Part shown: positions 25,113-37,159 of the stretch, in pieces
Position numbering within the stretch: the stretch's first letter is position 1
Layout: every line of letters starts with the position of its first letter
Assembly: GCA_010015805.1 (NCBI GenBank)
Contig: ML978121.1
Span: 1,612,001-1,676,000 of the forward strand
Direction of reading: 5' to 3'
Source of the DNA: Rhizodiscina lignyota
Taxonomy: Eukaryota
DNA: 64,000 bases
Translations under genes and position numbers: made by a program
Notes under the pieces: generated by a model
The model's database searches: none
Seen by the model: the letters and a program-made list of their open reading frames with translations, nothing else
What the model was told of the DNA's origin: nothing

Positions 25113-27395
25113 TCAGATGGCAATGCCGTTCGCCTGAGGTGGCAAGCCCATGGAGGAGTTCCGACTCGATGTGCTCAACGGCGGACTCGACATGCCGTCC
25201 ACAGGCTGATAGTAGCATCCAAACATATGGTTCGAATTTTGATCCCCGGCCGGAAGCTCGAGTCTCGGCGTATCCACGCGCTTCAGCGAGAAGGATGGCT
25301 TCTTCTCCATCTTCTTCTGCAGCATCATGAGGAGTCTCTCTTCTGCCAGCTGTTCATAGTGCTGCACGTCGTCATAGCTGTCCCGCTCCTCCTCGTCCTG
25401 GAGGCTGCTGTCGACGCGGCGGTGAGTTGCGAAGCGCAGTGGCGTCTGGGTGGCTTTGACCTTGCGCACAAAGTTGAAGCGGCGGGAGTGGTAGCGCGTG
25501 GAGCGGGGGCTGTAGAAGTCTTTCGCCATCTCGCTGAGCTCAGCTGCGCGGGCGGTGGCGAGCACAGCGGGGGACAGCTCCTGCTTCGCTTTCCACAGGA
25601 CACGGCCTGGCTTTCCGGATTTAACGACCACGGCAACGTGGTTGCGGATGCGCTTCTCGAGGATGGCGCCTGTGCCGGGGAAGACATGGTCAACGAGGCC
25701 GATGGATCGCGCCTCAAATGGTGATATCGGTGTCATAGAGCGGAGAATCTCGGTGGCCTTGTCCTTCCCGCAGCGGCCAGAGTACGAGATCGAGTGATAT
25801 TCTGAGCCGTACAGACCGATGCCACGGTATGCGGGATTAAGGACGACATCTGAGCCAGCAATCACGAGATCACATGCGGTGGCTAAGGCACAGCCACCAG
25901 CAGCGGCGTTTCCTCGGACACCGGCAATCGTGAGGATTCCTTTCGCTGGGAACTCGTGCAAGAGGTAGTGCACGACATCGTCGATGCGGTTGATGTTTGC
26001 CCAAGATTCACTCGATGGGTCCTTGTGTGCCTCGATCACGTTCAACGCAATGCCGTTGCTAAAATACGATCCGGCCATGAGAATAACCGCTTTGATTGGG
26101 TTCTTTGCGGTTGAACATGAAAGGATGTAGTCCATCGCATCGATGAGATGAGAGCACTGATTCGTAGCCATGGCGCCATTGTAGAAGTCGAAATAGAGAT
26201 ACGCTGCTCGTTTGTTCTCGCCGTAGTCGGCGAATTCAACCCAGACTTCCTGGAATGTCGGGTACGGGGATTTCGCCCAGTCGTTTGGAAGGTCCCATTG
26301 CAACTGGCGCACCTGAGTAGCGTTCATAATGCCCAGCTCGAGGAGGCCATGTACGGCCGGTACCTTGGGCCAGAGGGCATTGTCTTGTGCTCGCTTTTGT
26401 CTTCGGACATGGGTGATCCAGATACCTCGTCCGTCACATGTCGCGATGCACACGGCCTCGTTCCTGGTAGCGACAATGGTGCCTGGTGCAGCTCCTGGAA
26501 CACTTCCTGGGTTGGGTCCGCCAACAGAGTCTTCGATGATGCCTCCGTAGATGTAGAGGCTCTGTCCGAAAACTTTGCTCAGTGCTCCTGGCTGAGAGTC
26601 ACCACACCGAATACGACGCGAGATTTGTTGAGCATTGTGGCGGAATGGATCAAAGTCGCGTTGCGCTGCCTTTAAGAGCGGTCGGTGGAATAACCGTCCA
26701 CCCTTGAAAGGCATCTTGTTCTCAACTGAGAGGATCTTGTAGTCCGGGTGTGCTCTCAAGTTCGGGGAAATCCTGCTCCTGGACGATCGCGACAATGAAC
26801 GGACGTCCAGATCCATTTCTGTTGCAGTGTAGTCGGGAGACGGCGGTGGGTCGCGATGGGCCGCCTTCTGGATTCTGGCAACTGCCGTCAGACATGCTGA
26901 TATGGCTGCGCGAGAGACGAATCCACGGTAGAGTTCCGACTTGGTCAAACCAGGTTGGTCGATATTGATGGGAAACTGCTCGAAAGCCCAGACGGGACCA
27001 GCATCGAATTCTTCAATCGCCTGCAAAACGGTAACACCCCAGTGAGTCCGGCCGGGTCGGCATGTCTCCCCGTCCAAGCTCTTCAGTAGCTTTGATGGAT
27101 CTTCGACCGATCCATCGTCGCCCATGAGGACCCAGTCCAACGCGCTCGGGCCGACATCACCGGGAGGGCCAGGATGAATGATCAATGTGAGATAGGTGGT
27201 GTAGAGCTCTCTCGGAACGCGAGTAGTGAGGAAAGGGCAGATAATGAGATCTGGACGCGACAGTTCCGCAGCAGTAATCATCAACTCGTCCGACAGGGCA
27301 TACTCGACGGTAACATCGTGTGACGTAGACAGGGCAAGGTATAGACGCTGCGAAAGGGAATTATGAGCGGTGCATAGGAAGAGGATCTTCATCAT
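25113..27395 (-). CDS. hypX: HypX/HoxX homologue (formyltransferase-like + crotonase-like fusion), intronless
   Basis: Motifs MKILFLCTAHNSLSQR, IIHPGPPGDVGPSALDW, WGVTVLQAIEEFDAGPVW, YFDFYNGAMATNQC, FSNGIALNVIE, ESWANINRIDD, GNAAAGG, VVLNPAYRGIGLYGSEY. Confidence 0.93.
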   Translation of the reverse strand: MMKILFLCTAHNSLSQRLYLALSTSHDVTVEYALSDELMITAAELSRPDLIICPFLTTRVPRELYTTYLTLIIHPGPPGDVGPSALDWVLMGDDGSVEDPSKLLKSLDGETCRPGRTHWGVTVLQAIEEFDAGPVWAFEQFPINIDQPGLTKSELYRGFVSRAAISACLTAVARIQKAAHRDPPPSPDYTATEMDLDVRSLSRSSRSRISPNLRAHPDYKILSVENKMPFKGGRLFHRPLLKAAQRDFDPFRHNAQQISRRIRCGDSQPGALSKVFGQSLYIYGGIIEDSVGGPNPGSVPGAAPGTIVATRNEAVCIATCDGRGIWITHVRRQKRAQDNALWPKVPAVHGLLELGIMNATQVRQLQWDLPNDWAKSPYPTFQEVWVEFADYGENKRAAYLYFDFYNGAMATNQCSHLIDAMDYILSCSTAKNPIKAVILMAGSYFSNGIALNVIEAHKDPSSESWANINRIDDVVHYLLHEFPAKGILTIAGVRGNAAAGGCALATACDLVIAGSDVVLNPAYRGIGLYGSEYHSISYSGRCGKDKATEILRSMTPISPFEARSIGLVDHVFPGTGAILEKRIRNHVAVVVKSGKPGRVLWKAKQELSPAVLATARAAELSEMAKDFYSPRSTRYHSRRFNFVRKVKATQTPLRFATHRRVDSSLQDEEERDSYDDVQHYEQLAEERLLMMLQKKMEKKPSFSLKRVDTPRLELPAGDQNSNHMFGCYYQPVDGMSSPPLSTSSRNSSMGLPPQANGIAI

Positions 27396-29359
27396 GGACA
27401 CAGAGCACGCGCTGAGCAATGGTACGAGAAGTAAGGGCGCGAGTCAGAGAACTGACAGGAGGATTTGCAACTTGCAAGGTCGGATCGCAGAAAGTTAAAT
27501 GGAGATTTAAACCCTTATGAAGCTGCGAGGGAGGCACCGCAAGCCGTGCCATCTTGACAGCTCTTGGAACGCCCCTTTTCCTCCCGCGTGTTGGACAGGC
27601 ATGGTTTTGATGAGCGAAATCATCGTCCTGATGTGTGGCTGCACTAAGCGAAGCAGCGCCAATCATGGCGGAGTGACTGGCGAATGTTGCTCTTGCGCTC
27701 TGAGTGGCGCTCCCGTCAGGTATCGGTGGACCGTCGCCAATATCTCGTTTCTTACGCGAGTGCCGTCATCTCCGCACACGAAATCACGCATGACACGGAG
27801 CCGCGCTCCTTTCGGCGACTCTGATGCGTTCTACAGATCGACTTCCGCGGGAGCGAGGGGCTTTGCGTCGAGATTGTGTTGTCGAGTCGATAGCTTTTAC
27901 GAGATGAAGCTGATTTAGCGCCCGACCCGGTCAGGCCGGACTCCCTCCGGTCGAGTGCGAGCCCCACAGGGCTGCCCCTATCCTGACTCTCGGTACCCCC
28001 ACAACAAATTCTAGCGCTCCCTTTTACGGCTCACAATGGCTCCAAGGAAGCTTGACTCCAGGCACCGCTGCTGCTCGCAGAGCTGATCGGCGTCCCGGTG
28101 GAGAGAATGCTTTTACTGCCGATAGAGCACGCGTCTGCCGTCCGCCCGCCACAGCGTTCGAAACCCCAGCTATGGCGTCTGCCCTCGTGGTTGGGCGTCA
28201 TTTCGTGGCTCAAGTCTGCTCAAGTCTTGGGGAAAAGTCGTACGAGATTTTGATGTTTGGGCTGAAATGGTGGGCTTTGGCAGAAATGCGATATCTGAGG
28301 GCGCACTTAGGTCGTGCTGAACAAATAATGAAGGATTCCTCACAGCAGCTACCGACCCTCCTGTGCCACGGCTGATGACCTGATTCTCAAATCTCAATTA
28401 GCTGGACGACCGAATTCGAAAGGGCCGCCTGATGTTGGCGACGATAAAGAGAAGCTGTCGAAGCTGTGATGCGCCCGGTCTCACTTTAGCGACGCCGACG
28501 TTGACGGCAAACTCCAATGGGCCCCAAAGCAACGCCGCTCCACGCCTATCGGGACGCCTATCTGAACATCCGCAGCCCAGCAAGGTAGGACCGGATCTAA
28601 AACAGTCACCTGCGCAAGTGGCGATGATCGTGAGACCCTATATTGAAGCATTTAAGCCTGTAAATCCAAACGAGATTGAGTAGGATTCACAGGCAGAGAT
28701 CGACGGCGTTTGAGTGATGGTGTTGAGCTGCGGGATTAGAAATACGGAAACTTCTGAGCTCCCACTCGGTTGACACGCTCATTTTGAGCAAGCCAGTAGG
28801 CCGAAATGGTTGGCATCGATAACAAGAGTGCTGACACAAACTAGTATGCCTGTTATTATTTACGCTAGATACAATCATGAATCTTCGAGATGGACTGCGC
28901 ATGCTTCTTCCACGTTTGAGCTCATGACGCTGCTCCCGTATGAGTGGGATGATCTTCTCGCCAAACTTAACCAACTTAGTAGTTTGAGAGTTCTTACGTC
29001 CTCAAATGTAACGAGCCACTGCACGATGATATGCTTGCTCTACTCGTCTAGTTTTACTTGGTCATCAGTTCTGGCTCATCCGGTAAACATGAGCTGAGAT
29101 GCAGAGAGGAAAAGGCCGTTATAGCGCTCGTCATATTGCCTATTTCACGGCACTGATGCCGTGGTAACGAAAGCGGACAAGGCTCGTTCGTGCTTCAATG
29201 GTGGATCGATCTGAATGGAAGTTTGTGCGATGGAGTTCGAGGGGCTCGGAGTAAAGGACACTGTTCATTCGTGCTAGATATATTTAGATGTCTTCTTCGA
29301 TTACACAAATGGCCTTCTGGACCTCTGCAATACATTTGTCGCTGGCTCCGCTGAGCGAT

Positions 29360-29983
29360 CTAGCTCCGATGCAAGAGCCATTGTGAAGAGACACTGCCAA
29401 CGACGCGGAAGCTCTTGAAGAGCCCCAAGTACAAATCGAAGGTTGCTGTCGATACTGGTCCCCGCTGAATTCGGATCTCCATTGATCTCAGGTTTGCTCC
29501 GTATTGGAAAGGCTCACCAAGTGTTCCTGCCGTTGTTGCAAGTGCCTCAAGCCCATCCGCGATGAGCTCGACGTCGTCGCCGAAAATGGTGTGGAGGCAC
29601 AAATGCAAAGAATGAGATGGCGAACTGATGAAGCATTCCTGGAAGGGGTAGATGTCGAAGATCCGTGTGATCGGCGACAAATATTTTGCAGGACTCCCAG
29701 AAAACATAGCGGACTCCCTGATTCAGACGTTTGCAGTTAACCGGAGCCACTTGAGCTGCAGAAGGACGCCGGGTCCGCTTGCGTCGTTTTCCAGCTCTTA
29801 AGACAAATTCATAGGACCTCCATAAAGCCAGGTAAGAGGAAATATTACATCATAAACACAAATCCTGAGTTCCGGACGCAGACGAAAGAAAAGGCTAGTG
29901 ATTTGCTGATGAAAGTTTTCGTTAATGTGTTCTATCGTGCTTTGTGGATGTTTTAAAAACAAAAAGATATTAGAATACTTCAT
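29360..29983 (-). pseudogene. Disrupted paralogue of the 43614..44405 F-box-like protein
   Basis: QITSLFFRLRPELRICVY, then a stop at 29800..29798, then frameshifted CKRLNQGVRYVF, then HLCLH...GANLRSMEIRI. These match QSPFFNKLPCELRLEIY, CKRLCVEA, HLQLN and GNLRSLEIHI in the intact gene. Confidence 0.6.
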
Positions 29984-30901
29984 ATTTCAAGGACTGGACA
30001 TTCTTTGATGATGTGCTTAATGTGCGTCAGGCCGCGAAGATGTGCTGACGAGAGCGGCGTAATAATTACCAAAACCCGACATGGTAAGTTATAAAGAGGT
30101 AGAGAGCTTGATTATGAGATGTATCAAGGGATATTTCTGACAATGAGTTGACCTGTAGTTTTCCTTGAAAGGGAATGAAGTTGAACAAGTCAACACGTTA
30201 GCCTCACAAGCGTCACGGCTTGATGAGACGGGATGTTTGGCGCTATCTTTCTTGGTCCAGGAACTTGATGTATCAGCTAATATTTCGCACATCGTTATTG
30301 GATAGATGAATTTTCATAGATCTTGGTATTGTTGATATGCAAGTTGTATGGGAGAGACCCATGTTGTTGTCGTGTCCATTTTCGCGAGGGTCTGCTCCGC
30401 AGTATAGTAATATGGGAATGTTGCGAGCTTATGTTGGCGTTCTTGTGTATCTGGACTCTTCAGATTCCTCTAACAACCAGTTTGTAATCATCATGAAGAA
30501 ATAATAGGTGCAGAACTGCACGCCTGGTTCCCTGTTGTCGAGAGAACAGCTGGCATCGGGAAGCTGCGTAATGCAGGGGACAACTAGTCATGTAAGGCCA
30601 AATAGCCCGGACTATATTTAAGCATTTACTAGTCCATATTAGATCGCCCCGTTCCTAGAAAAAGGGGTAAGGTAAGTAGATAACGATAAAATTCTCATAA
30701 TTGCGTCATTGTTTGATTATCTACGCGTTCAAACCCTACTGTAATGACTTCGTACTTGTCTACTACGTCGTGGTTAGGAACACACCAGGCTTTCGAATCT
30801 TTCGACATTCTCTATACAGATACGATTACTTCACAGCATTCTCACGAGTTTGTTTTCTCTCAAATTCTTGTTATTCAAAGACGAACAGCTCGCAAGCGAC
30901 T

Positions 30902-32329
30902 TCAGCTGACCAACTTCGCCAGGCTTGAGATACCGTGCTTCTCCAAGTGCTTCACGGTATCACAAATCTGCTTAGCGCGCTCTTCGCCGTAAGCGTCCAC
31001 AGTAATCCCCATGAACTTAGTTGCCACACCCTCCCAGGTGATTGGATTCTCCGGCTCTCCTAACGGCGCCTTCAAATGTTCTCGAACCGTCGTACCGTCT
31101 TCGTACTCGACATCCAGACTCGACTCGAGCAGACTGTACGAGTCGTTGACCTTCACAGTAACTCGATCGAGAAGTTTATTGACGGCTGGGTCGCCAATGT
31201 GGTCATACACCTTCCAAACAAGCCCAGAGCCGTACAACCATGCTACAACAGTCTGAAAATAGGAACTGAACTGCGCGTCAACGATGTTGTTCGGATGTGT
31301 CTTATTCGGGACTGCAGTGCCGACAAGCGCGTAGCCCCCCTCGCCGATCCAAACCGTGAGGCTTTTCACTTCCGCGTTGCTCTTCTTCCTCATCTCATTA
31401 GCCAGCTCAATCTGGCCGTGGGTTATGCGACATGCGGGGAATGGCTTAATAGCACTCGTTACAAACATCCAATGCTCTTTGAACGGCCCGATTTTAACTT
31501 GTGGAACAGCTTTGCTATTGCCATAGGCGTTTAGAAGACCGTACTTGCCTTCAAGTGGTTCCGCAGCGCCAAGTCCTCCGGATTCTGCCATTGCAGTGCA
31601 GATGAAAGCATTGTGTGCAGAGATTCCGGGATGGAGTCGTTTGTTCCAGCTTCCATTAGCAAGATATTGCATAGATCCTGAAGCCATGGAGATTGCAAAC
31701 CCAAAGGCATTTTCAATCACTGCTGCGCTCAGCTTTCTTAAAGAACTGATCGCGGCAATGGCGCCAAACAGGCCGGCAGTACCGGTATTATGGAATCCTC
31801 TCTCGTACCCAGTAGTACTAATCGAACAGCCAATTCGGCAGGTGATTTCGTATCCGGCTGCCGCCGCTGTAAAGAACTCTTCTACCGTCGACGTGGGTTC
31901 TTTCTCGGCTTCTGCGAGAGCAGCAGAGAAGACGCTCACTCCAGGATGTAGCGTGGCCACAGCGTGTGTATCATCAAAATCAAGACTGTGGGCGAAAGCA
32001 CCGTTGAGCATCGCTGCGTAGTGCGGAGACCATGACTGTCCGTTTGCCATGACAGTAGCCTTGCCGCCTCCGTCAAGTGTCTTGATTGCGTCTAAGAATG
32101 GCCCAGTAGATTCTGCCAGTGTCGTTGCGCCAGCAGCAACTCCAATATAATCAAGAAAATATGTTCGAAGCTTCCCAATTGCGTCTGATGGGAGATCGCC
32201 GAATTTTAAACTGGCAACGAAAGATGCGCAATCTTTTGTCGAGAGCGTCGATCCCCGGTCCTCCTTAGTTCCATTCACGCCTATGCCATTCTGATGATCG
32301 TTTTGCTGAGGTACAGACGTGCCATTCAT
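30902..32329 (-). CDS. MmgE/PrpD family protein (2-methylcitrate dehydratase / aconitate decarboxylase / epimerase superfamily), intronless
   Basis: Motifs HSLDFDDTH, TLHPG, GFHNTGTAG, WNKRLHPG, IKPFPACRITHG, AQFS and PLGEPENP. Confidence 0.92.
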   Translation of the reverse strand: MNGTSVPQQNDHQNGIGVNGTKEDRGSTLSTKDCASFVASLKFGDLPSDAIGKLRTYFLDYIGVAAGATTLAESTGPFLDAIKTLDGGGKATVMANGQSWSPHYAAMLNGAFAHSLDFDDTHAVATLHPGVSVFSAALAEAEKEPTSTVEEFFTAAAAGYEITCRIGCSISTTGYERGFHNTGTAGLFGAIAAISSLRKLSAAVIENAFGFAISMASGSMQYLANGSWNKRLHPGISAHNAFICTAMAESGGLGAAEPLEGKYGLLNAYGNSKAVPQVKIGPFKEHWMFVTSAIKPFPACRITHGQIELANEMRKKSNAEVKSLTVWIGEGGYALVGTAVPNKTHPNNIVDAQFSSYFQTVVAWLYGSGLVWKVYDHIGDPAVNKLLDRVTVKVNDSYSLLESSLDVEYEDGTTVREHLKAPLGEPENPITWEGVATKFMGITVDAYGEERAKQICDTVKHLEKHGISSLAKLVS

Positions 32330-32599
32330 AGCGCCGTTTGTAGTTCCTTGCGGTACGTAGATTCGCGAAGATTGTCCCCAGTTGAAGTGCCTTGATGTGA
32401 CAACTAATTACCTCCGTGCTCACTTATTACAGATTTTCGATCCTTCTCTTCACCTCAATATGCTGTAATGAATATGTCCAAGTTGAATTAAAACTTCTTG
32501 CTCTTCTCCATTGTGAAAATCAATGTCTGTCCCGCGGTCTATGAATCGGCTTGTTAGTCTCCGCAACCCTGTCGATCATGCAAAGCTCGATCTCCAGAG

Positions 32600-32613
32600 C
32601 CGAGTTCTCCGCA
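32600..32613. promoter_or_regulatory. CCG-N6-CCG direct repeat (CCGAGTTCTCCGCA), candidate Zn2Cys6 site
   Basis: Lies in the divergent PrpD/aconitase promoter. The identical 14-mer occurs at 57341. Confidence 0.3.
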
Positions 32614-33084
32614 TTAAACAATCAGCATTCAACAGAATGGCCTCTGGTAGGGCTTAGCTTGATCAAAAGCCAGCTATTGGGTCTAGGGGGTGCCAAAATG
32701 TGGGGTGTATGATGCGGACTGACCGCCGACCAACGACATCGGAAGCACCGATCACACGTGTCGGAGTTCCACCTTCAACCCCTTCGAGGTCGCACCGAAA
32801 GCTTCATTCACTTAGCTTGACATGGATTCTCCGTCCCATCTGACAATGGCCACACTGCGGTGTCTCCGTGAATGCGAAATGCAGTCGCGACCGGCAGTAT
32901 CAGGAGTGATGTTGTGGACCGGTCGTCGCAAATATGTACTCTGGTTATGATAGAGGACTGAACATTTTACTATTCCACCTATTCCATTTGTTCGATCACG
33001 GAGTATATCTCAAAAGAGTCCTGACGTAACATCAAGATTGCCAAAGAAGAGTCTGAAGAGACTCGTATTCTGTGGTTACTAACG

Positions 33085-35747
33085 ATGCCTGCTTTGACTG
33101 AAGACGGCTTATCTGCAGTGAAGGAGATATCACGACTCCTCCAGGACATAAGATCGATCAGTAATATCGGTCTGGCAGACACTGGTATACTTGACGGCCT
33201 CTGAAGACAGTGCCATGCTAACAATGAGAGGTAGATCTATCATCACCGCATCCGAACTTTCTCGAAGTTCTTCGCGAGGTGTCCGACAGCCTGTTGCGAA
33301 ATGGGCACACTCGTGAAGCTGAGGCCCTCCGCGACGTTTCAGTGCATTGCACTACTTCACCAGATTTCGGCGGCCTAGGATTCACACCCTCCCACGAATT
33401 CAGCAAGGCTGATGAAGCGGAGATCACTTTTCTTGTCAGTGCTTACTTAGAAGCCTTGAATTATCAAGACCGCCACGACTCGCCAATCGAACCTCTGTAC
33501 CAACGACCTGCTGGCCGCCGAGGAATGACCTTGGCCGAGAAGATATTCGCAGCCCATGATGTGGAGAGGCGTGGGGAAGTGCAGCCGGGTGACGTGATCC
33601 GTCTTGATGTTGATTGGATTATCGCCTCAGAATTATCGTGGGGTGCCATGGAGAAGACATACGATGATCTCGGAAGACCAGGCATCTTTCGGAATGATAG
33701 AGTCTGGCTCGCCGGAGATCATGTCGTCGATCCACGAGTTAGCAAGATTCCGAGGATCAAGGCGCTGATTGAGAGGAGTGAACGGGCACGACAGGTTTTC
33801 AAGTTGACAGAGTATCAAGGAATGAATGTGAGTGTTTCGTATACTTGTTCCCTTATCGTCTCTGGCTTTGGAATGATTGTGTCTGACTCTACTGAAGTAT
33901 ACAATAATGCATTCCGAGTTCTGCAGGGAGAGAGCACAGCCAGGGATGCTTATTATTGGGTCCGATTCGCATACTTGCTCTGCAGGTTCCGTGTCTAGCC
34001 TTGCAATTGGTCTTGGTGTTGCCGATGTAACGCTACCTCTTGTTACAGGAGAAACATGGATCAAAGTGCCCGAAACGGTAGAGATACGCTTCATCAACAA
34101 GCCAAAACCAGGCCTCGGTGGGAAGGACGTAATCCTTTACGTGCTAAAACAACTCAAGAGAAACACGGTAGCGGCTGATCGTGTCGTGGAATATACCGGG
34201 TCTGGGCTGAAGTTTCTTTCTTGTGACGCGCGGTTTGCAATCTCAAATATGACTACTGTAAGCTCAATTCCTATGCTTCGAAGAGCCGACTGATGCGCTA
34301 CAGGAATTCGGAGGCGTTACTGGAATCTTTGTACCCGATGATACAACGCGCGATTTCGTTGAGAGGCGTAAGAATCCTAAATACAAGAAGTATTCTACGT
34401 ACTACCGTCCAGACGATGATGCGAGATATGCCGAGAGCTATATCATCGATCTGAATCAAGTGGAGTCTTTTGTGGCGCGCTACCCCAAACCGGACGATGT
34501 TGTCCCCGTCAGCGAAGTCGCCGGAATAGCTTTAGATGGCTGTTTCATAGGTGCATGTACGACGGCGTATGAGGACCTGGTTCTTGCGGCTCTTGTGCTG
34601 GAGGTTGGCTTGAAGAGAGGCATGAAGCCGACGAAGCATGGGAAGAGAAAGGTCGTCCCAGGGTCGAAGCCAATCCTACACGACTTGCGTGCTTGGGGTC
34701 TTGCCGACGTATATGAACAAGCTGGATTTGAGATTGGCGTTCCAGGATGCAGTTACTGCGTAGGAATGTCAGCGGACAAAGCTGGTCCAGGGGAGGTTTG
34801 GCTCAGTAGCCAGAACCGAAACTTTGAGAATAGAATGGGCCCTGGTACGCTGATTCCAGGCCCTACAGACCCTCTGTTTGGCTGCTAACAACGCGTTAGG
34901 CGCTATTGGCAGCATTGCTTCGGCCGTCACGGTAGCCGCGAGTAGTTTCGATATGACCGTTACAGACCCGAAACCTCTTCTCGATGAGATCGATATGAAT
35001 CGCCTTGGAGAGATACTGGCGATTAGGGTGCATCCCGAAACTCCATTGCGATACGTGGAACCGGGCTCGAGAGACACGGTTGCCAAACCGCCGCGTGAAC
35101 CGGCTTCGACCGACGAAGAGCTTCAAGGGACGGATAATGCTTCAGAGGCCGCTGATCCTGTGTCCCGAGTTATCAGCGGCAGAGTACAAACTTTGGGTGA
35201 CTTTATCGACACCGACGCCCTCGCACCGGCTGAAGCGCTTGTCGGCAATCTCTCCAAGGAAGAGATCGGCCAATACTGCCTCTATCACACGCACCCTGAC
35301 TTCCGCCGTCGCATCAAGGAAGACGGCCTTAATATCGTAGTCGCTGGTAAAGCTTTCGGCGTAGGTTCGTCTCGCGAAAATGCTGTTACCGCGCTGCAAG
35401 GAGCGGGAGTCAAGTGTGTGATTGCCCGCTCCTTTGCTTTTATCTACGCGCGCAATCAGCCCAACCTCGGAATGATGGGTATCGTCATGACTGATGGGAA
35501 ATTTTATGAACTGGCACACGACGGAGAAGAGATAGAGATTGATGTTGATCAGCGGGTTGTAAGAGTTGGCGGCCAGGAGTTTGGATTTAATTTAAGCGAA
35601 CTGGAGAGGCAGCTATGGGAATGTGGTGGGATGAGCCCGGCGTTTACAAGATGGGGAAAGGATTTGTTAGGAATCATGACTAGCAAAAAGGTGAATGTGC
35701 AAGGAGCTGAAGGAGCGTCCGCACATAATGAACAACTTCAATGGTAA
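33085..35747 (+). CDS. Aconitase-family [4Fe-4S] hydro-lyase, fused LeuC/LeuD (isopropylmalate isomerase/homoaconitase-like); 5 exons
   Basis: Motifs [26 protein letters not shown]; Fe-S ligands FIGACTT and [20 protein letters not shown]; swivel domain [10 protein letters not shown] and GVGSSRENA. First intron 33185..33234. Confidence 0.9.
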
Positions 35748-36118
35748 AAGGAATGGTGTCAGGGCCGCCTTCCGGGAGAGAACAAGGCAATTCTGAAAGA
35801 TGCCCCCTCTTTTGTAGTTGCTCGGATTATTACCATCGGCTCGGTGCAATGGCGAGCTGTGGGAGAGTGTGCTACTTCGCTGTCTTCATCTTGTGTTCGC
35901 ACCGTGGATGATGTACAGAGTAGCTTCGGTAGCTGCACAACGCCATGGAGCACATGACAGTTAAATTGATGTTGGCATTGAAAGACTCTCGCCCATACCT
36001 GTGATTTGCAGGTAAAGATTTCTCCCAGATTTACTCCTTTAGCATAACGCTTTGAGTAATGACCAATTACAATGCTTTCCGAAAAGTCGTGAGATTTCGT
36101 CAATGGAAGCGCAGTCTG

Positions 36119-37159
36119 CTATTTCCTCGCAAGCCGGAGAATGTCTTGATTAAGATCAACTCTCTGAAAGTCCGGGAGAGCGCCAGATGCGCCCCTTACT
36201 GCCGTCGCAATCAGGACATCCTCCTCAAGGCCTTGGATCCACAGACGCACATCATCGACCCTCCTCCCTTTCAACCATGCCTCTGCATCGTCAACTTTCT
36301 CTCCCCACGTCCCATAAGTACTACATCGCATCACCGTCCCGGGCTTTGGTGCTCTGACGTTTTTGAATTCCAGTGCTTTCAGCCAGGTCGCGAGGAGGCC
36401 TTCGCCAACCAACTTTATATACGCTTCCTTGTACGCGTAAAATGCATAGAAGCGCCGAAGCTTCGCATCTATGATCAGCTCGGAGCTTATCTGCTCTGTA
36501 CGTCCGTTCTTCAGTGTGACTTGGACGTCCCGATTGCGCCTGCAGATCCGATCGTGACGACCAAGTTCCTCAGCTGAGACTTCTGTGCCGTCAAGAAGCG
36601 TAACTGATTCAATGTTGTACTTGATATCCCAAAGTTCGGCCTGAGAGAAAACTTCCTCGTAGATGTCGACAAAGCCGTCGAAGCCCTCCTCGTCAATGTG
36701 CCGATAGTCGTTACGCTCGTTTACGCACGTGATATCAACGCCAACCTCTACACTTTTCTTCCTCGTCCCCACAAGCGCTACTAGACCTGCTTGGTGCGAG
36801 ACATTGAAGTCGACCGATGCGATTGAGCCATTTGGGAAGATGTAACACGGCTTGCCATGTATTGGATCTCCTTTCCTGCCGAATCGGATGCTGGTCCAGG
36901 GAACTCGGAACGTTTTCGAAATGAACGCTCGCTTCAACAGCGCCGATGCTAGGCTCATCTTCGCATCCTGGAGCTGCATCTTCCGACATATTGAGTCGCG
37001 TTCGTCTGGGCTAACGAGTCGCAGCTCTTCAGACGCCTGGTGATACTGTTAAAGTTGTGCGGATGGGGTTGAGGGACGTGCGCGTACGGCATCTTGAATT
37101 CTTACACCCTTCCACAAAGACCTTGTATCCAGGAGCCAGCATGTGATATCATCTCCCAT
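36119..37159 (-). CDS. npgA: Sfp-type 4'-phosphopantetheinyl transferase (NpgA/Lys5-like); 2 exons
   Basis: Motifs WLLDTRSLW, DAKMSLASALLKR, HGKP, FNVSHQAGLVAL, VGVDI and FYAFYAYKEAYIK..GEGL. Confidence 0.9.

Noticed and set aside
27517..29100. Short ORFs and possible hypoxia (SREBP-like) sites upstream of hypX
   Set aside because: No family motifs, and no convincing match to a binding consensus.
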